Source of the DNA: an uncultured Hungatella sp.
GTDB taxonomy: Bacteria > Bacillota > Clostridia > Lachnospirales > Lachnospiraceae
DNA length: 64,000 nt
Assembly: GCA_910586845.1 (NCBI GenBank)
Contig: CAJUJV010000002.1
Location: forward strand, 33,357 to 97,356
Direction: 5' to 3'
Every line of letters begins with the position of its first letter. The first letter of the stretch is position 1. Under the pieces are notes generated by a model that saw only the letters and a program-made list of their open reading frames with translations, searched no databases and was not told where the DNA came from. Below, in pieces: positions 28,976-39,400 of this stretch. Position numbers and translations under genes: made by a program.

Positions 28976-29943
28976 AAAAGATCGTAGTTACCATACCTGT
29001 AGAAGACAGGCATAAGGAGTATCTTGAAAGAACAGGAGCAGGCTGTGAATTTTTCTATACATCCCCTGCTGCCGTAACCGAAGGCGGGCTGAGCCAGGCA
29101 GATATCATTATCGGCAACGTAAATCCGCAGCTGTTAAAAGGAGCAGGGAAGCTGCAGTGGCTGCAGCTGAATTCCGCCGGTTCAGACAACTACTGCGCGC
29201 CGGGGATTTTAAGACCCGGTGTGATCCTGACCAACGCCACGGGCGCTTACGGGCTGGCTATCTCGGAATATATGGTAGGCATGTCATTTTTACTGCAGAA
29301 TAAGTTTTATCAGTATTATCGGAATCAGATGGATCACCAGTGGAAGGATCAGGGAAACGTGACCTCTGTCTGGGGTTCCACGACTCTGGTCATCGGACTG
29401 GGGGATATCGGCGGCGAGTATGCAAAGAGGATGAAAGCACTGGGCAGCCATACCATCGGTGTGAGAAGGACCAGGGGAGAGAGGCCGGACTATCTGGATG
29501 AACTGTACACTACAGAGAGCCTGGATGAACTGCTTCCGAGAGCGGATTTTGTTTCCCTCTCTTTGCCAAACAGCGCAAGTACCCGCCACATCATGGATGA
29601 GAGACGGCTGAGGCTTATGAAAACTGGGGCATTTCTCCTGAATGTGGGAAGAGGCAATGCCATCGACACAGAGGCTCTGTGCAGAGTGCTGGAAGAAGGC
29701 CGTCTGGGAGGCTGCGGCGTGGATGTGACCGACCCGGAACCGCTGCCGCCGGATCATCCTCTGTGGGATGCTCCCCGGATGGTGATCACGCCTCATATCT
29801 CCGGACAGTATCATCTTCAGGAGACTTTTGAGAGGATCGTCAGGATCGCCGGGGAGAATCTGGAGAAGTTTCTGGCAGGCGATGCCGAGCACATGAGGAA
29901 TCTGGTGGATTTTGAGACCGGATACCGGAAAAAACGGGATTGA
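28972..29943 (+). CDS. D-2-hydroxyacid dehydrogenase
   Basis: GLGDIG, NVGRG, DVTDPEP and TPHISG. Confidence 0.9.
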   Translation: MKKIVVTIPVEDRHKEYLERTGAGCEFFYTSPAAVTEGGLSQADIIIGNVNPQLLKGAGKLQWLQLNSAGSDNYCAPGILRPGVILTNATGAYGLAISEYMVGMSFLLQNKFYQYYRNQMDHQWKDQGNVTSVWGSTTLVIGLGDIGGEYAKRMKALGSHTIGVRRTRGERPDYLDELYTTESLDELLPRADFVSLSLPNSASTRHIMDERRLRLMKTGAFLLNVGRGNAIDTEALCRVLEEGRLGGCGVDVTDPEPLPPDHPLWDAPRMVITPHISGQYHLQETFERIVRIAGENLEKFLAGDAEHMRNLVDFETGYRKKRD

Positions 29944-29956
29944 TCAGAATCAGAAG

Positions 29957-30021
29957 GACCGCAGGCGGTGGTCAGGGCTGAAAAGCGGGTTTGTCCCCGG
30001 CCCTGACAACCGTCTGCGGTC
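29957..30021. terminator. Long imperfect inverted repeat between convergent genes
   Basis: GACCGCAGGCGGTGGTCAGGGCTG ... CGGCCCTGACAACCGTCTGCGGTC, followed by a T-rich run. Confidence 0.7.
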
Positions 30022-30041
30022 ACATTATTTTTTTCATTTCA

Positions 30042-31004
30042 TTAAAAGTTAGTTCCTGGAGTGACCGGGATAGTCACACACTGGCCGACTGTTCCGATCC
30101 AGGAACTTTTAAACAGTCTGTATGCGGCAATGGTCCGAAGCCTTTGCGAAGGAGTCTGTCCGGGAAGGGAGAGAAAAGCGCGGAGCGCTGCCCGATCTTC
30201 CGGTTTCATTTGCTTTTGGTACTGTTTTCCGAAGGCAGCCGCCTGCCGGAATATCCGTCGGTAATTTTCGTAAGCAGTCTGTTCATCTCTTGCCAGCAGT
30301 TCTTCCGGACTGCCTTTGGTGGGAATGCCGGAAAGGCAGGCATCATGGAGCCGGTACAGAGACAGGGATTCCCTCACACAGGAGATGTCTCCGAAACAGG
30401 AAGCACACAGGGCAATCCACCAGTCATGCATGAAACATGCATGAGGAATCTGCCGGGCCAGATGAAGGAGGGCACGGTTCATCATCATGGAACCGCCGGT
30501 TATGGTATTTTCTGTAAGAAGCCGGGAAAAAGTTCCGGGTCCGGGATTTAAACGGCTGTAGGAAAAAAAGCTGGGATTGATCTGCCGGAGCTCTTCGTCT
30601 ACTACCTCCATATCAGAGTATACCAGAGCCGGATGGCCTGGCCGCTCCGTCTCCTTCATTTTTTTCAGAAGCTTCTTTACTTTCAGAGAATCCCACACGT
30701 CATCCTGATTGCTCAGGAGTACATAGTCTGCATCCGTCTGGGCCATAAGCCAGAAAAAATTCATGGCAGAGGCAGGAATAAAAGGCTCCCTGTCACGAAA
30801 TCTCCCTTCTTTTACCCGGGGCCTGAGAAGGATCTGCCTGGGATAATATTTTTTGTACTGCTCCAGGACCTGCCGTGTACAGTCATCAGATCCGTTGTGA
30901 GAAATGATAATCCGGATATTCGGCACGGTCTGCGCCAGAATGGAATCCAGCTGTGCTTCCAGACAGGGTCCGCCCTGGTAAGCAGCCAGAAGAACGGCGA
31001 TCAT
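30042..31004 (-). CDS. GT2 glycosyltransferase (RgpB/RfbG-like) with degenerate motifs
   Basis: QLDSILAQT, VYSD and MHDWW retained; SHNGS and SNQDD replace the usual DDGS and DQDD. Confidence 0.8.
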   Translation of the reverse strand: MIAVLLAAYQGGPCLEAQLDSILAQTVPNIRIIISHNGSDDCTRQVLEQYKKYYPRQILLRPRVKEGRFRDREPFIPASAMNFFWLMAQTDADYVLLSNQDDVWDSLKVKKLLKKMKETERPGHPALVYSDMEVVDEELRQINPSFFSYSRLNPGPGTFSRLLTENTITGGSMMMNRALLHLARQIPHACFMHDWWIALCASCFGDISCVRESLSLYRLHDACLSGIPTKGSPEELLARDEQTAYENYRRIFRQAAAFGKQYQKQMKPEDRAALRAFLSLPGQTPSQRLRTIAAYRLFKSSWIGTVGQCVTIPVTPGTNF

Positions 31005-31213
31005 GAGGACCCCCCCGGAAGAGCCCGGAGACACCGGATCTCCGGGGCTTTTTTGGCAAGCCGATCTTCGGTTATATATTGAACAGTATTCCTCAATGCT
31101 ACTGAAAACATTCCTGTCAACTCCTTTATCTAATTGTATTGTGCGGAATTTTCAGGAAAATGTCAAGAGGCATCAGAAGATATTTCTGTAATAAATCTTG
31201 CTGTCATATCTGA

Positions 31214-31242
31214 TTTACAATTTACAGGGAATATTGTAAAAT
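31214..31242 (+). promoter_or_regulatory. SigA promoter of the glycan locus
   Basis: TTTACA-N17-TAAAAT; overlaps an inverted repeat TTTACAAT...ATTGTAAA. Confidence 0.55.
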
Positions 31243-31269
31243 GAGTAGTATTGAAAGGAAGGAACAGGG

Positions 31270-32574
31270 ATGGCGCAGCAGTGGGCGGCTCTTCTCATGA
31301 AAACGGGGCCTGATAAGGAAAAACAGAATATCCTCTGGAATATGGCAGGCAGTTTTTGTTACGCCTTTGCCAGCATGGTGCTTTCCGTTCTGGTCATGTC
31401 CCTGGCAGGAGAAGACCAGGGAGGAATCTTTGCCTTCGGATACAGTACTCTGGGGCAGCAGATGTTTATCCTGGCATATTTCGGCATCCGCCCTTTTCAC
31501 ATTACTGACGGCAGTAATGAGTACCGGTTCGGGGATTATCTCCATCACCGGTATATGACCTGTGCCATGGCGGCAGCGGCGGGAGGCATGTATCTTCTGC
31601 TGTCCGGATATACGCCGGAAAAAGCGGCGGTCATTTTTCTGCTGGTATGTTATAAGACAGCCGACGGTCTGGCCGATGTATATGAGTCGGAATTTCAGAG
31701 AAACGGCAATCTCCATCTGACAGGGAAGTCCAACACGTTTCGGACCCTTCTGTCTGTAAGTATCTTTCTCACAGCCCTTGTACAGAGCGGAAATCTGATC
31801 CTGGCCTGCGCTGCGGCAGTGGGGGCTCAGGCGGCAGGGATCCTGATCTTTGATGTGATCGTGATCCGATATCTGCCGGGGGTGGATTTCGCCTGGGACA
31901 GAAAGAGCATAAAACCTCTGACAGCTCAGACTATCCTGTTGTTCGTGTCCGTATTTTTGGATTTCTATATTTTCTCGGCGGCAAAATATGCCATTGACGC
32001 CAACCTGGATGACCGGTCATCCGGATATTTCAATCTTATTTTTATGCCCACGTCAGTGATCAATCTGGCGGCCGGATTTGTGATCCGCCCGGTTCTCACC
32101 GGCCTGACAGAACGATGGACTTCGGGGGAGTTCAGCGGATTTTCCAGAAAAATCCTGAGTATTTCCCGGATCATAGGGGCGCTGAGCGTGCTGGCCCTGG
32201 TGCTGGCGGCAGGACTGGGAAGACCGGTTTTATGGATCATGGAGCGGATACTGGGACAGGCTTATGAGGGAAAGCTTACCTGCCATCATGTTTCCTTTAT
32301 CCTGATCGTTATGGGCGGCGCCTGCTATGCGTTTTTAAGTCTCCATTACTATGCCCTGGTGATCATGAGAAAACAGAAGGTGATCTTCGGAATCTATGTG
32401 GGACTGACGGCTCTGGCCGCGGTTCTGGCTCCGGCCATGGTAAGGCGGGAAGGTATCCGGGGAGCGGCAGAGGCCTATCTGATCCTTATGGCAGTCATGG
32501 CTTCCGGTTTTGTGCTGTGGACATGGCTGGGGATCAGGAGGGCCCGAAAGGGGACGGGAAACAGAAAACCGTGA
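31270..32574 (+). CDS. Wzx/MOP-superfamily polysaccharide flippase-like protein
   Basis: About 12 TM segments; NILWN start; lies in a glycan locus. Confidence 0.7.
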   Translation: MAQQWAALLMKTGPDKEKQNILWNMAGSFCYAFASMVLSVLVMSLAGEDQGGIFAFGYSTLGQQMFILAYFGIRPFHITDGSNEYRFGDYLHHRYMTCAMAAAAGGMYLLLSGYTPEKAAVIFLLVCYKTADGLADVYESEFQRNGNLHLTGKSNTFRTLLSVSIFLTALVQSGNLILACAAAVGAQAAGILIFDVIVIRYLPGVDFAWDRKSIKPLTAQTILLFVSVFLDFYIFSAAKYAIDANLDDRSSGYFNLIFMPTSVINLAAGFVIRPVLTGLTERWTSGEFSGFSRKILSISRIIGALSVLALVLAAGLGRPVLWIMERILGQAYEGKLTCHHVSFILIVMGGACYAFLSLHYYALVIMRKQKVIFGIYVGLTALAAVLAPAMVRREGIRGAAEAYLILMAVMASGFVLWTWLGIRRARKGTGNRKP

Positions 32575-32594
32575 CAGGCGGGAGAGGAGAAATC

Positions 32595-33572
32595 ATGGAC
32601 AGACAGTTTGAACCTACAGTAGATGTGCTGATTCCGGTGTACCGGCCGGACAGAAAATTTGCCAGGATCCTGCAGATGCTGGGGAGACAGACCTGCAGGG
32701 TCAACAAAATCATCGTGATCAATACGGAGAAACAGTACTGGAACGAAGAGGGATACCGCTCGGTTGAAGGGCTGGAGGTTCACCATGTGACAAAAGAGGA
32801 ATTTGATCACGGAGCCACCAGGAATCTGGCTGCCCGGTATTCAAAAGCAGATGTCATGATCTTTATGACAGACGACGCGGTGCCTGCGGATCCCTGTCTG
32901 GTAGAGAGGCTGGTGGAAGGCCTGGGCAAACAAGGGCCGGAAGGGGAGACAGTGGCCATGGCCTATGCCAGACAGCTCCCGGATAAGGACTGCCATGCCA
33001 TAGAGCGGTTTACGAGATGGTTCAATTATCCTGATGAGCCCAGGATCAAGACCGGGAAAGACCTTCCGGATCTGGGGATCAAGACTTATTTTGCCTCCAA
33101 TGCCTGCTGTGCCTACAGAAAAGACGTCTATAACCGTCTGGGAGGCTTTATTACACAGACGGTTTTTAATGAAGATATGATCTACGCCGCTGGGGTGATC
33201 AAAGCAGGATATGCCATCGCCTATGTGCCTGAGGCCAGGGTGATCCATTCCCACAATTTGGGACCGGTAAAACAGTTCAGACGGAATTTCGATCTGGCCG
33301 TGTCTCAGGCGGACCATCCGGAAGTCTTCGGCGGGCTGAAATCGGAAGGAGAAGGCATCCGGCTGGTGAAGGAGACGGCTGCATGGCTGGTGAAGACGGG
33401 GCGGTTCTGGCTTCTTCCCATGCTGGTCATAAGCAGCGGCAGCAAATACCTGGGATACACCATGGGAAAGCGGTATGAGAAGCTCCCCCCCGGGGTGATC
33501 CGCCGGTGTACCATGAACAGGATGTACTGGGAGAAGAGATGGGATCATTTTGACAAAGAATGGAAACCGTAG
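32595..33572 (+). CDS. GT2 glycosyltransferase (putative rhamnosyltransferase)
   Basis: IPVY, FDHGATRN, MTDDA, YARQLP, NED and HSHN. Confidence 0.85.
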   Translation: MDRQFEPTVDVLIPVYRPDRKFARILQMLGRQTCRVNKIIVINTEKQYWNEEGYRSVEGLEVHHVTKEEFDHGATRNLAARYSKADVMIFMTDDAVPADPCLVERLVEGLGKQGPEGETVAMAYARQLPDKDCHAIERFTRWFNYPDEPRIKTGKDLPDLGIKTYFASNACCAYRKDVYNRLGGFITQTVFNEDMIYAAGVIKAGYAIAYVPEARVIHSHNLGPVKQFRRNFDLAVSQADHPEVFGGLKSEGEGIRLVKETAAWLVKTGRFWLLPMLVISSGSKYLGYTMGKRYEKLPPGVIRRCTMNRMYWEKRWDHFDKEWKP

Positions 33573-33578
33573 TATATT
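33550..33578 (+). promoter_or_regulatory. Internal SigA promoter for rfbC-wzm-wzt-large GT
   Basis: TTGACA-N17-TATATT overlapping the 3' end of the GT2 gene. Confidence 0.65.
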
Positions 33579-33694
33579 GTATCTGATATGCCGTGCCGAC
33601 GGCCGTGTACTGCCGGAACGGATCCCATGGGATCCAGGAGGATGTATGAGGAGAGGCGGCAGGCGGGAAAGATAAAGAAAAGAGGAGAGACCAC

Positions 33695-34258
33695 ATGGGA
33701 AAGATCACTGTGACGCCATGTCAGATAGAAGGGCTTTATGTGATAGAGCCTACGGTATTCAAGGATGAGAGAGGGTATTTTGTGGAGACTTATAACCAGA
33801 ATGATTTTAAGGAGGCCGGACTTGATCTGGTGTTTGTCCAGGACAATCAGTCCATGTCTGTCAAAGGCGTTCTCAGGGGACTTCATTTTCAGAAGCAGTT
33901 CCCTCAGGGAAAGCTGGTGAGAGTCCTGAGAGGCAGGGTGTTTGACGTGGCCGTGGATCTGAGGGCCCGTTCGGAGACTTACGGGCAGTGGTTCGGCGTA
34001 GAGCTGTCGGCGGAAAACAAAAAGCAGTTTTACATTCCCCAGGGATTTGCCCACGGCTTTCTGGTCCTGTCCGATGAGGCGGAGTTTGCCTACAAGTGCA
34101 CTGATTTCTATCATCCCGGAGACGAGGGAGGCCTGGCCTGGAACGATCCTGAGATCGGGGTCGAGTGGCCCATAGAGGAAGGCATGAAGCTGATCATCTC
34201 CGAGAAGGACCAGAAGTGGGGCGGACTGAAGGAAACCTTCAGATTCCAGGAAGTGTAG
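33695..34258 (+). CDS. rfbC: dTDP-4-dehydrorhamnose 3,5-epimerase
   Basis: DERGYF, QDNQS, LRGLHFQ, QGKLVR and GFAHGF. Confidence 0.95.
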   Translation: MGKITVTPCQIEGLYVIEPTVFKDERGYFVETYNQNDFKEAGLDLVFVQDNQSMSVKGVLRGLHFQKQFPQGKLVRVLRGRVFDVAVDLRARSETYGQWFGVELSAENKKQFYIPQGFAHGFLVLSDEAEFAYKCTDFYHPGDEGGLAWNDPEIGVEWPIEEGMKLIISEKDQKWGGLKETFRFQEV

Positions 34259-34268
34259 GGAAGCTTCT

Positions 34269-35087
34269 ATGGATTATGTAGTGTCCCTGATAAAGGATGT
34301 TATAAAGAAGAGAAGGCTCATCGGGGATCTTGCAAAAGCTGATTTCAGGAAGCGTTTTGTAGGATCCTATTTCGGCGTGGTGTGGATGTTTGTCCAGCCC
34401 ATCGTCACCGTGGCCATCTATTACTTTGTATTTGGCATCGGCTTCCGCAACGCCAACCCTGTGGAGGGAGTGCCCTATGTGCTGTGGCTGGTACCGGGGA
34501 TCGTTCCCTGGTTCTATTTCAGCGAGGCTTTAAACGCGGGAACCAACTGTCTCCAGGAGTACAGCTATCTGGTGAAAAAAGTAGTATTCCGGGTGGAGAT
34601 CCTGCCCATCATAAAAATGATCTCCTGTCTCATGGTCCATGTGATTTTTGTGATGATCATGGCAGGTCTGTATCTGTGCTTCGGCTGGCTGCCCAGACTC
34701 ACCTGGATTCAGACTGTCTACTACACCTTCGCCCTTACGGTATATTCCATGGCTCTGGTCTATTTTACCAGCGCCATTCAGGTGTTTTTCAAGGATATGG
34801 CCCAGATCGTCAGCATCTGTCTCCAGTTCGGCATGTGGCTGACGCCTATTATGTGGCAGGAAGAGCAGTTTTCAAGCCGGACCTTTTATCCGGTTCTGGT
34901 CAGAATCATCAAGCTGAACCCCATGTATTACATCGTGGCAGGGTACCGGGACAGTATGCTGCTGGAAAACCGGTTCTGGGAACGGCCTTTGCTGACCCTG
35001 TATTTCTGGGCGGTGACAGGAGGACTGCTGCTTGTGGGTCTGAAGGTCTTTAAGAGGCTCAGGCCGCATTTTTCGGATGTATTGTAG
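34269..35087 (+). CDS. wzm: ABC-2 polysaccharide export permease
   Basis: GSYFGVVW, LVKKVVF, TPIMW and NPM; upstream of wzt. Confidence 0.88.
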   Translation: MDYVVSLIKDVIKKRRLIGDLAKADFRKRFVGSYFGVVWMFVQPIVTVAIYYFVFGIGFRNANPVEGVPYVLWLVPGIVPWFYFSEALNAGTNCLQEYSYLVKKVVFRVEILPIIKMISCLMVHVIFVMIMAGLYLCFGWLPRLTWIQTVYYTFALTVYSMALVYFTSAIQVFFKDMAQIVSICLQFGMWLTPIMWQEEQFSSRTFYPVLVRIIKLNPMYYIVAGYRDSMLLENRFWERPLLTLYFWAVTGGLLLVGLKVFKRLRPHFSDVL

Positions 35088-35101
35088 GGAGAGTGGGAAG
35101 A

Positions 35102-36406
35102 ATGGAAAATGCCATTACAGTCAAAGATGTAACAAAGATCTATAAAATGTACGACAAACCCATCGACCGGCTGAAGGAATCCCTCCATCCCCGTCACAGG
35201 GAGTATCACAGAAAATTTTATGCGTTAAACAGCATCTCCTTTGATGTGAAAAAAGGGGAGACCGTGGGGATCATCGGGACCAACGGATCGGGAAAGTCCA
35301 CGATCTTAAAGATTATCACAGGCGTGCTGTCCCCCACGTCAGGGACAGTGGAGGTGGAAGGAAATATCTCTGCTCTCCTGGAACTGGGAGCCGGGTTTAA
35401 CAGCGAATATACGGGAATCGAAAATATCTACATGAACGGGACCATGATGGGTTTTTCCCGGAAGGAGATGGAGGCCAGGCTTCAGGATATCCTGGATTTT
35501 GCGGATATCGGAGATTTTGTATATCAGCCGGTGAAGACTTATTCCAGCGGTATGTTTGTCCGGCTGGCCTTTGCCCTGGCCATCAATGTGGAGCCGGAGA
35601 TCCTGATCGTGGACGAAGCTCTGTCTGTGGGGGACGTGTTCTTTCAGTCCAAGTGTTACAGGAGGATGGAGGAGATCCGGAAGAAGGGCACCACCATCCT
35701 TATGGTAACCCATGACATGGGGAGCATCATCAAATACTGTGACAAAGTGGTCCTGCTGAACCGGGGGAATTTTGTGGCAGAGGGCGCTCCCGGACACATG
35801 GTGGATCTGTATAAGAAGATTCTGGCCAATCAGATGGATTCCCTGGCAGAAGAACTGGCGGGAACCAATGACAGGCAGGGAGAAAGATCCGGGAAACCAA
35901 AGCATGACAATGCCCGGGGGCTGATGAAAGAGAAGCTGACCATCAACTCCAACAGGACAGAGTATGGAGACGGCAGGGCGGAGATCTATGATCTGGGACT
36001 GTTCGACAGCCGGGGCAACCTGACCAATCTTCTGATGAAAGGCGAGAATTTTACGATCAGGGAGAAGATCCGGTTTCATGCCAGGATCCAGAGCCCTATT
36101 TTTACCTATACTATAAAAGACAAAAAGGGAACGGATCTCAGCGGAACCAACACCATGTTTGAGGGCACGGATATCCGGCCCGTAGGTCCGGGAGATGAAT
36201 ATGAAGTCTCTTTTACTCAGAAAATGACGCTTCAGGGCGGAGAATACCTGCTCTCCATGAGCTGTACCGGTTTTGAACAGGGAGAGCATGTGGTGTACCA
36301 CCGGCTGTATGATGTGGCCAATATTACGGTGATCTCCAACAAAAACACAGTGGGCGTCTATGACATGGAGTCGGAAGTGGAGGCGCGGAAGATTGAAGGA
36401 AACTAG
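35102..36406 (+). CDS. wzt: Polysaccharide ABC exporter ATPase with C-terminal Wzt carbohydrate-binding domain
   Basis: GTNGSGKS, YSSGM and DEALSVGD; long C-terminal beta-rich extension. Confidence 0.9.
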   Translation: MENAITVKDVTKIYKMYDKPIDRLKESLHPRHREYHRKFYALNSISFDVKKGETVGIIGTNGSGKSTILKIITGVLSPTSGTVEVEGNISALLELGAGFNSEYTGIENIYMNGTMMGFSRKEMEARLQDILDFADIGDFVYQPVKTYSSGMFVRLAFALAINVEPEILIVDEALSVGDVFFQSKCYRRMEEIRKKGTTILMVTHDMGSIIKYCDKVVLLNRGNFVAEGAPGHMVDLYKKILANQMDSLAEELAGTNDRQGERSGKPKHDNARGLMKEKLTINSNRTEYGDGRAEIYDLGLFDSRGNLTNLLMKGENFTIREKIRFHARIQSPIFTYTIKDKKGTDLSGTNTMFEGTDIRPVGPGDEYEVSFTQKMTLQGGEYLLSMSCTGFEQGEHVVYHRLYDVANITVISNKNTVGVYDMESEVEARKIEGN

Positions 36407-39400
36407 AGATCTGAGCCGGGAACTGGCCGGTGTTTTGAAAAAATATCAGGGCGATACCCACAGGATCTTAAAGGATCATGTGCGGCTGGATTACCTGTAT
36501 GCGCTGTCGGGACAACGGGAAAGCCTTATGGACTGGTACCCGTTCCGGGCTGACGGAGTGCTTTTAGAAGCCGGGGCCGGCTATGGGGCTCTGACAGGGG
36601 TCTACAGCCGGAAAGTGTCCCGGGTGCACGTACTGGATCCAGATGAGGACAACCTGGAACTGAACAGGCTGCGCCATGTGGAGCTGGGAGGCCGGACCAA
36701 TATCAGTTATGAAACAGGGGAGCTGTGCAGTTATGCCGCTTCCTGTGATGAAAAATATGATTATGTGGTTTTCGCAGGGACTCTGGGAGACCATGCCAAG
36801 GAGGAGATCCGGGCTGCCAGAAAGCTGCTGAAACCGGGGGGAGAGATCCTGGCTGCAGTCTGCAACCCATTCGGGATCAAATACTGGGCAGGAGCTGAGA
36901 AGGATCCCTGCAGCTTTTCTCTGAGACAGCTTCTGGATCTTATGTCGGAACGGGAGGGAGACGTAGAGATTTATTATCCCATGCCTGATTACCGGCTGCC
37001 GGTAACCATCTTTTCTGACCGATATCTGCCTGGCAAAGGAGACCTGACAGATACGGTTACCGCATATGATTATCCGGATTATCTGGCCATGGATGTAGGG
37101 GCCAGGTTTGATCAGGTCTGTGAGGACGGCCGGTTTCCCCAGTATGCCAACTCCTATCTGGCAGTATGGAAAAAGGAAGGGGAAGCAGGAGAAGACAACA
37201 ACATCGAATATGTGAAATATAACCGGACCAGAAGAGAGCGGTTTCAGATCAGAACGGTCATAACGGGTCCGGCCAGACAGGTGGAAAAGGAAGCTCTGAC
37301 AGAGGAAGGAACAGATCATATCAGAGCATTTGAGAAGACAAGCCGGGAGCTGAACCGGCAGCATGACAACCTGAAATTTGCCTGGCCGGACATAAGCGGC
37401 GACGGAAAAAGGGCCAGGTTTCCATATATAGAAGGAGAGACTCTGTCGGAACGGCTGGGACGGGCGATCAGAGACGGACAGGGCCCGGTGGAAACCGTGA
37501 GACAGGCCATGGATATGGTGCTTCAGGTCCGGCCGGAGTGCAGAAAAGAATTTTCGGTGACAGAAGGATTTACAGAGGTCTTCGGTGACCTGCCGAAGAG
37601 GAGGCCCGCAGGGTGGGAGAGTCTGGAGGTCTCCAATATCGATATGCTGTTTGAAAATATCCTTCTGTCCGGAGAGGACCGGTACTGTCTGGACTATGAG
37701 TGGGTATTTTTATTCCCCGTGCCCGCAGAGTACATCCGGTACCGGATCCTGTTCTATTTCTTCCGCCAGTACCGGAGCCTTCTGACAGATTATAACAGCC
37801 CTGAGGCCTGGCTGAAGGAGTTCGGGATCACCAGAGATCTGGCAGAGCTTTACCAGAATATGGAGAAACATTTTCAGGACTATGTCCATGGTGAGAACCA
37901 GAAGATTTATCTGGAGAATTACTATGTAAAGGCCAAGACCGTGAAGGAACTGTCCAGGGTGGACGGAGAGCTGGAGAGGACCAGGGAGCGACTGGAACAG
38001 CTTCGGATGCAGCTGGGAGAGAGAGATCTGACCATCCGCAAGATGACGGAAGTCCAGCGTCTGACCCAGAATCACGTGACCAATCTGGAGATCATGATCG
38101 GGGACCTGCGCCATGAGATCGGAGAGATGGGGAAGACCCTGACCTATCTGAACCGCCATGAGGCTGTGGTGTTTAAGATCCGGAGAAAACTGGGGGAGAA
38201 GTTTAACCAGAAATACCCCAGAGGGAGCAGGGAGAGGAAACAGATGTCCTATCTGAAAGAATATGTGCTCCATCCGGTCCGGTCTGCCAGATTTTACGGT
38301 TCAGAGGAAGGCAGGAACTTAAGAGAAGGAGACTTTGCCATCGGAAGCGAGTACCGGGAACACGGGAGACTCGTATTTCCCGTGGAAGAGGCTCCGGAGG
38401 TATCTATTATCATACCCGTATACAATCAGATCCACTATACCTATGCCTGTCTGGTCTCCATCCTGGAACACACCAAAGATGTAAGCTACGAGGTGATCAT
38501 AGCAGACGATGTGTCCACGGATGCCACCAGGGATCTGGACCAATATGCAGCAGGACTGGTGATCTGCAGAAACGAGACGAACCAGGGGTTTCTGCGCAAC
38601 TGCAATCATGCCGCCGCCTGTGCCAGAGGCAGATATCTGATGTTTTTAAACAATGACACCCAGGTTACGGAAGGCTGGCTCAGTTCTCTTGTGAACCTGA
38701 TCCGGTCAGACGACTCCATCGGCATGGTGGGGTCCAAGCTGGTGTATCCCGACGGACGGCTCCAGGAGGCAGGAGGCATCATCTGGAGCGACGGCTCCGG
38801 GTGGAATTACGGACGGCTGGATAATCCGGATAAACCGGAGTACAACTATGTGAAAGATGTGGATTATATTTCCGGCGCCGCCATCCTGCTGCCCCGGAAA
38901 CTGTGGGAGCGGATCGGAGGCTTTGACGAACGATATGCGCCTGCCTACTGTGAGGATTCGGATCTGGCCTTTGAGGTGCGGAAAGCCGGCTTCAGGGTTG
39001 TGTATCAGCCTCTTTCAAAGGTGATTCACTACGAGGGAGTTTCCAACGGAACCGACGTGGAGGGCACAGGCTTAAAGCGGTATCAGGTGGAAAACAGCCA
39101 GAAGCTGAAAGAGAAATGGGCAAAAGAGTTTTCCCGTCAGTGCGTCAACAACGGAAATCCCGATCCATTCCGGGCCAGAGAGCGGACTGTGGGAAAGCCC
39201 ATGATCCTGGTCATAGACCATTATGTGCCCACTTATGACAAGGATGCAGGCTCCAGGACCACATACCAGTATCTGAAGATGTTCCTGAATATGGGGTATG
39301 CAGTAAAGTTTCTGGGAGATAATTTCCTTCATGAGGAGCCTTATTCCACACAGCTCCAGCAGATGGGCATTGAGATCCTCTACGGCCCCGAGTATCAGGT

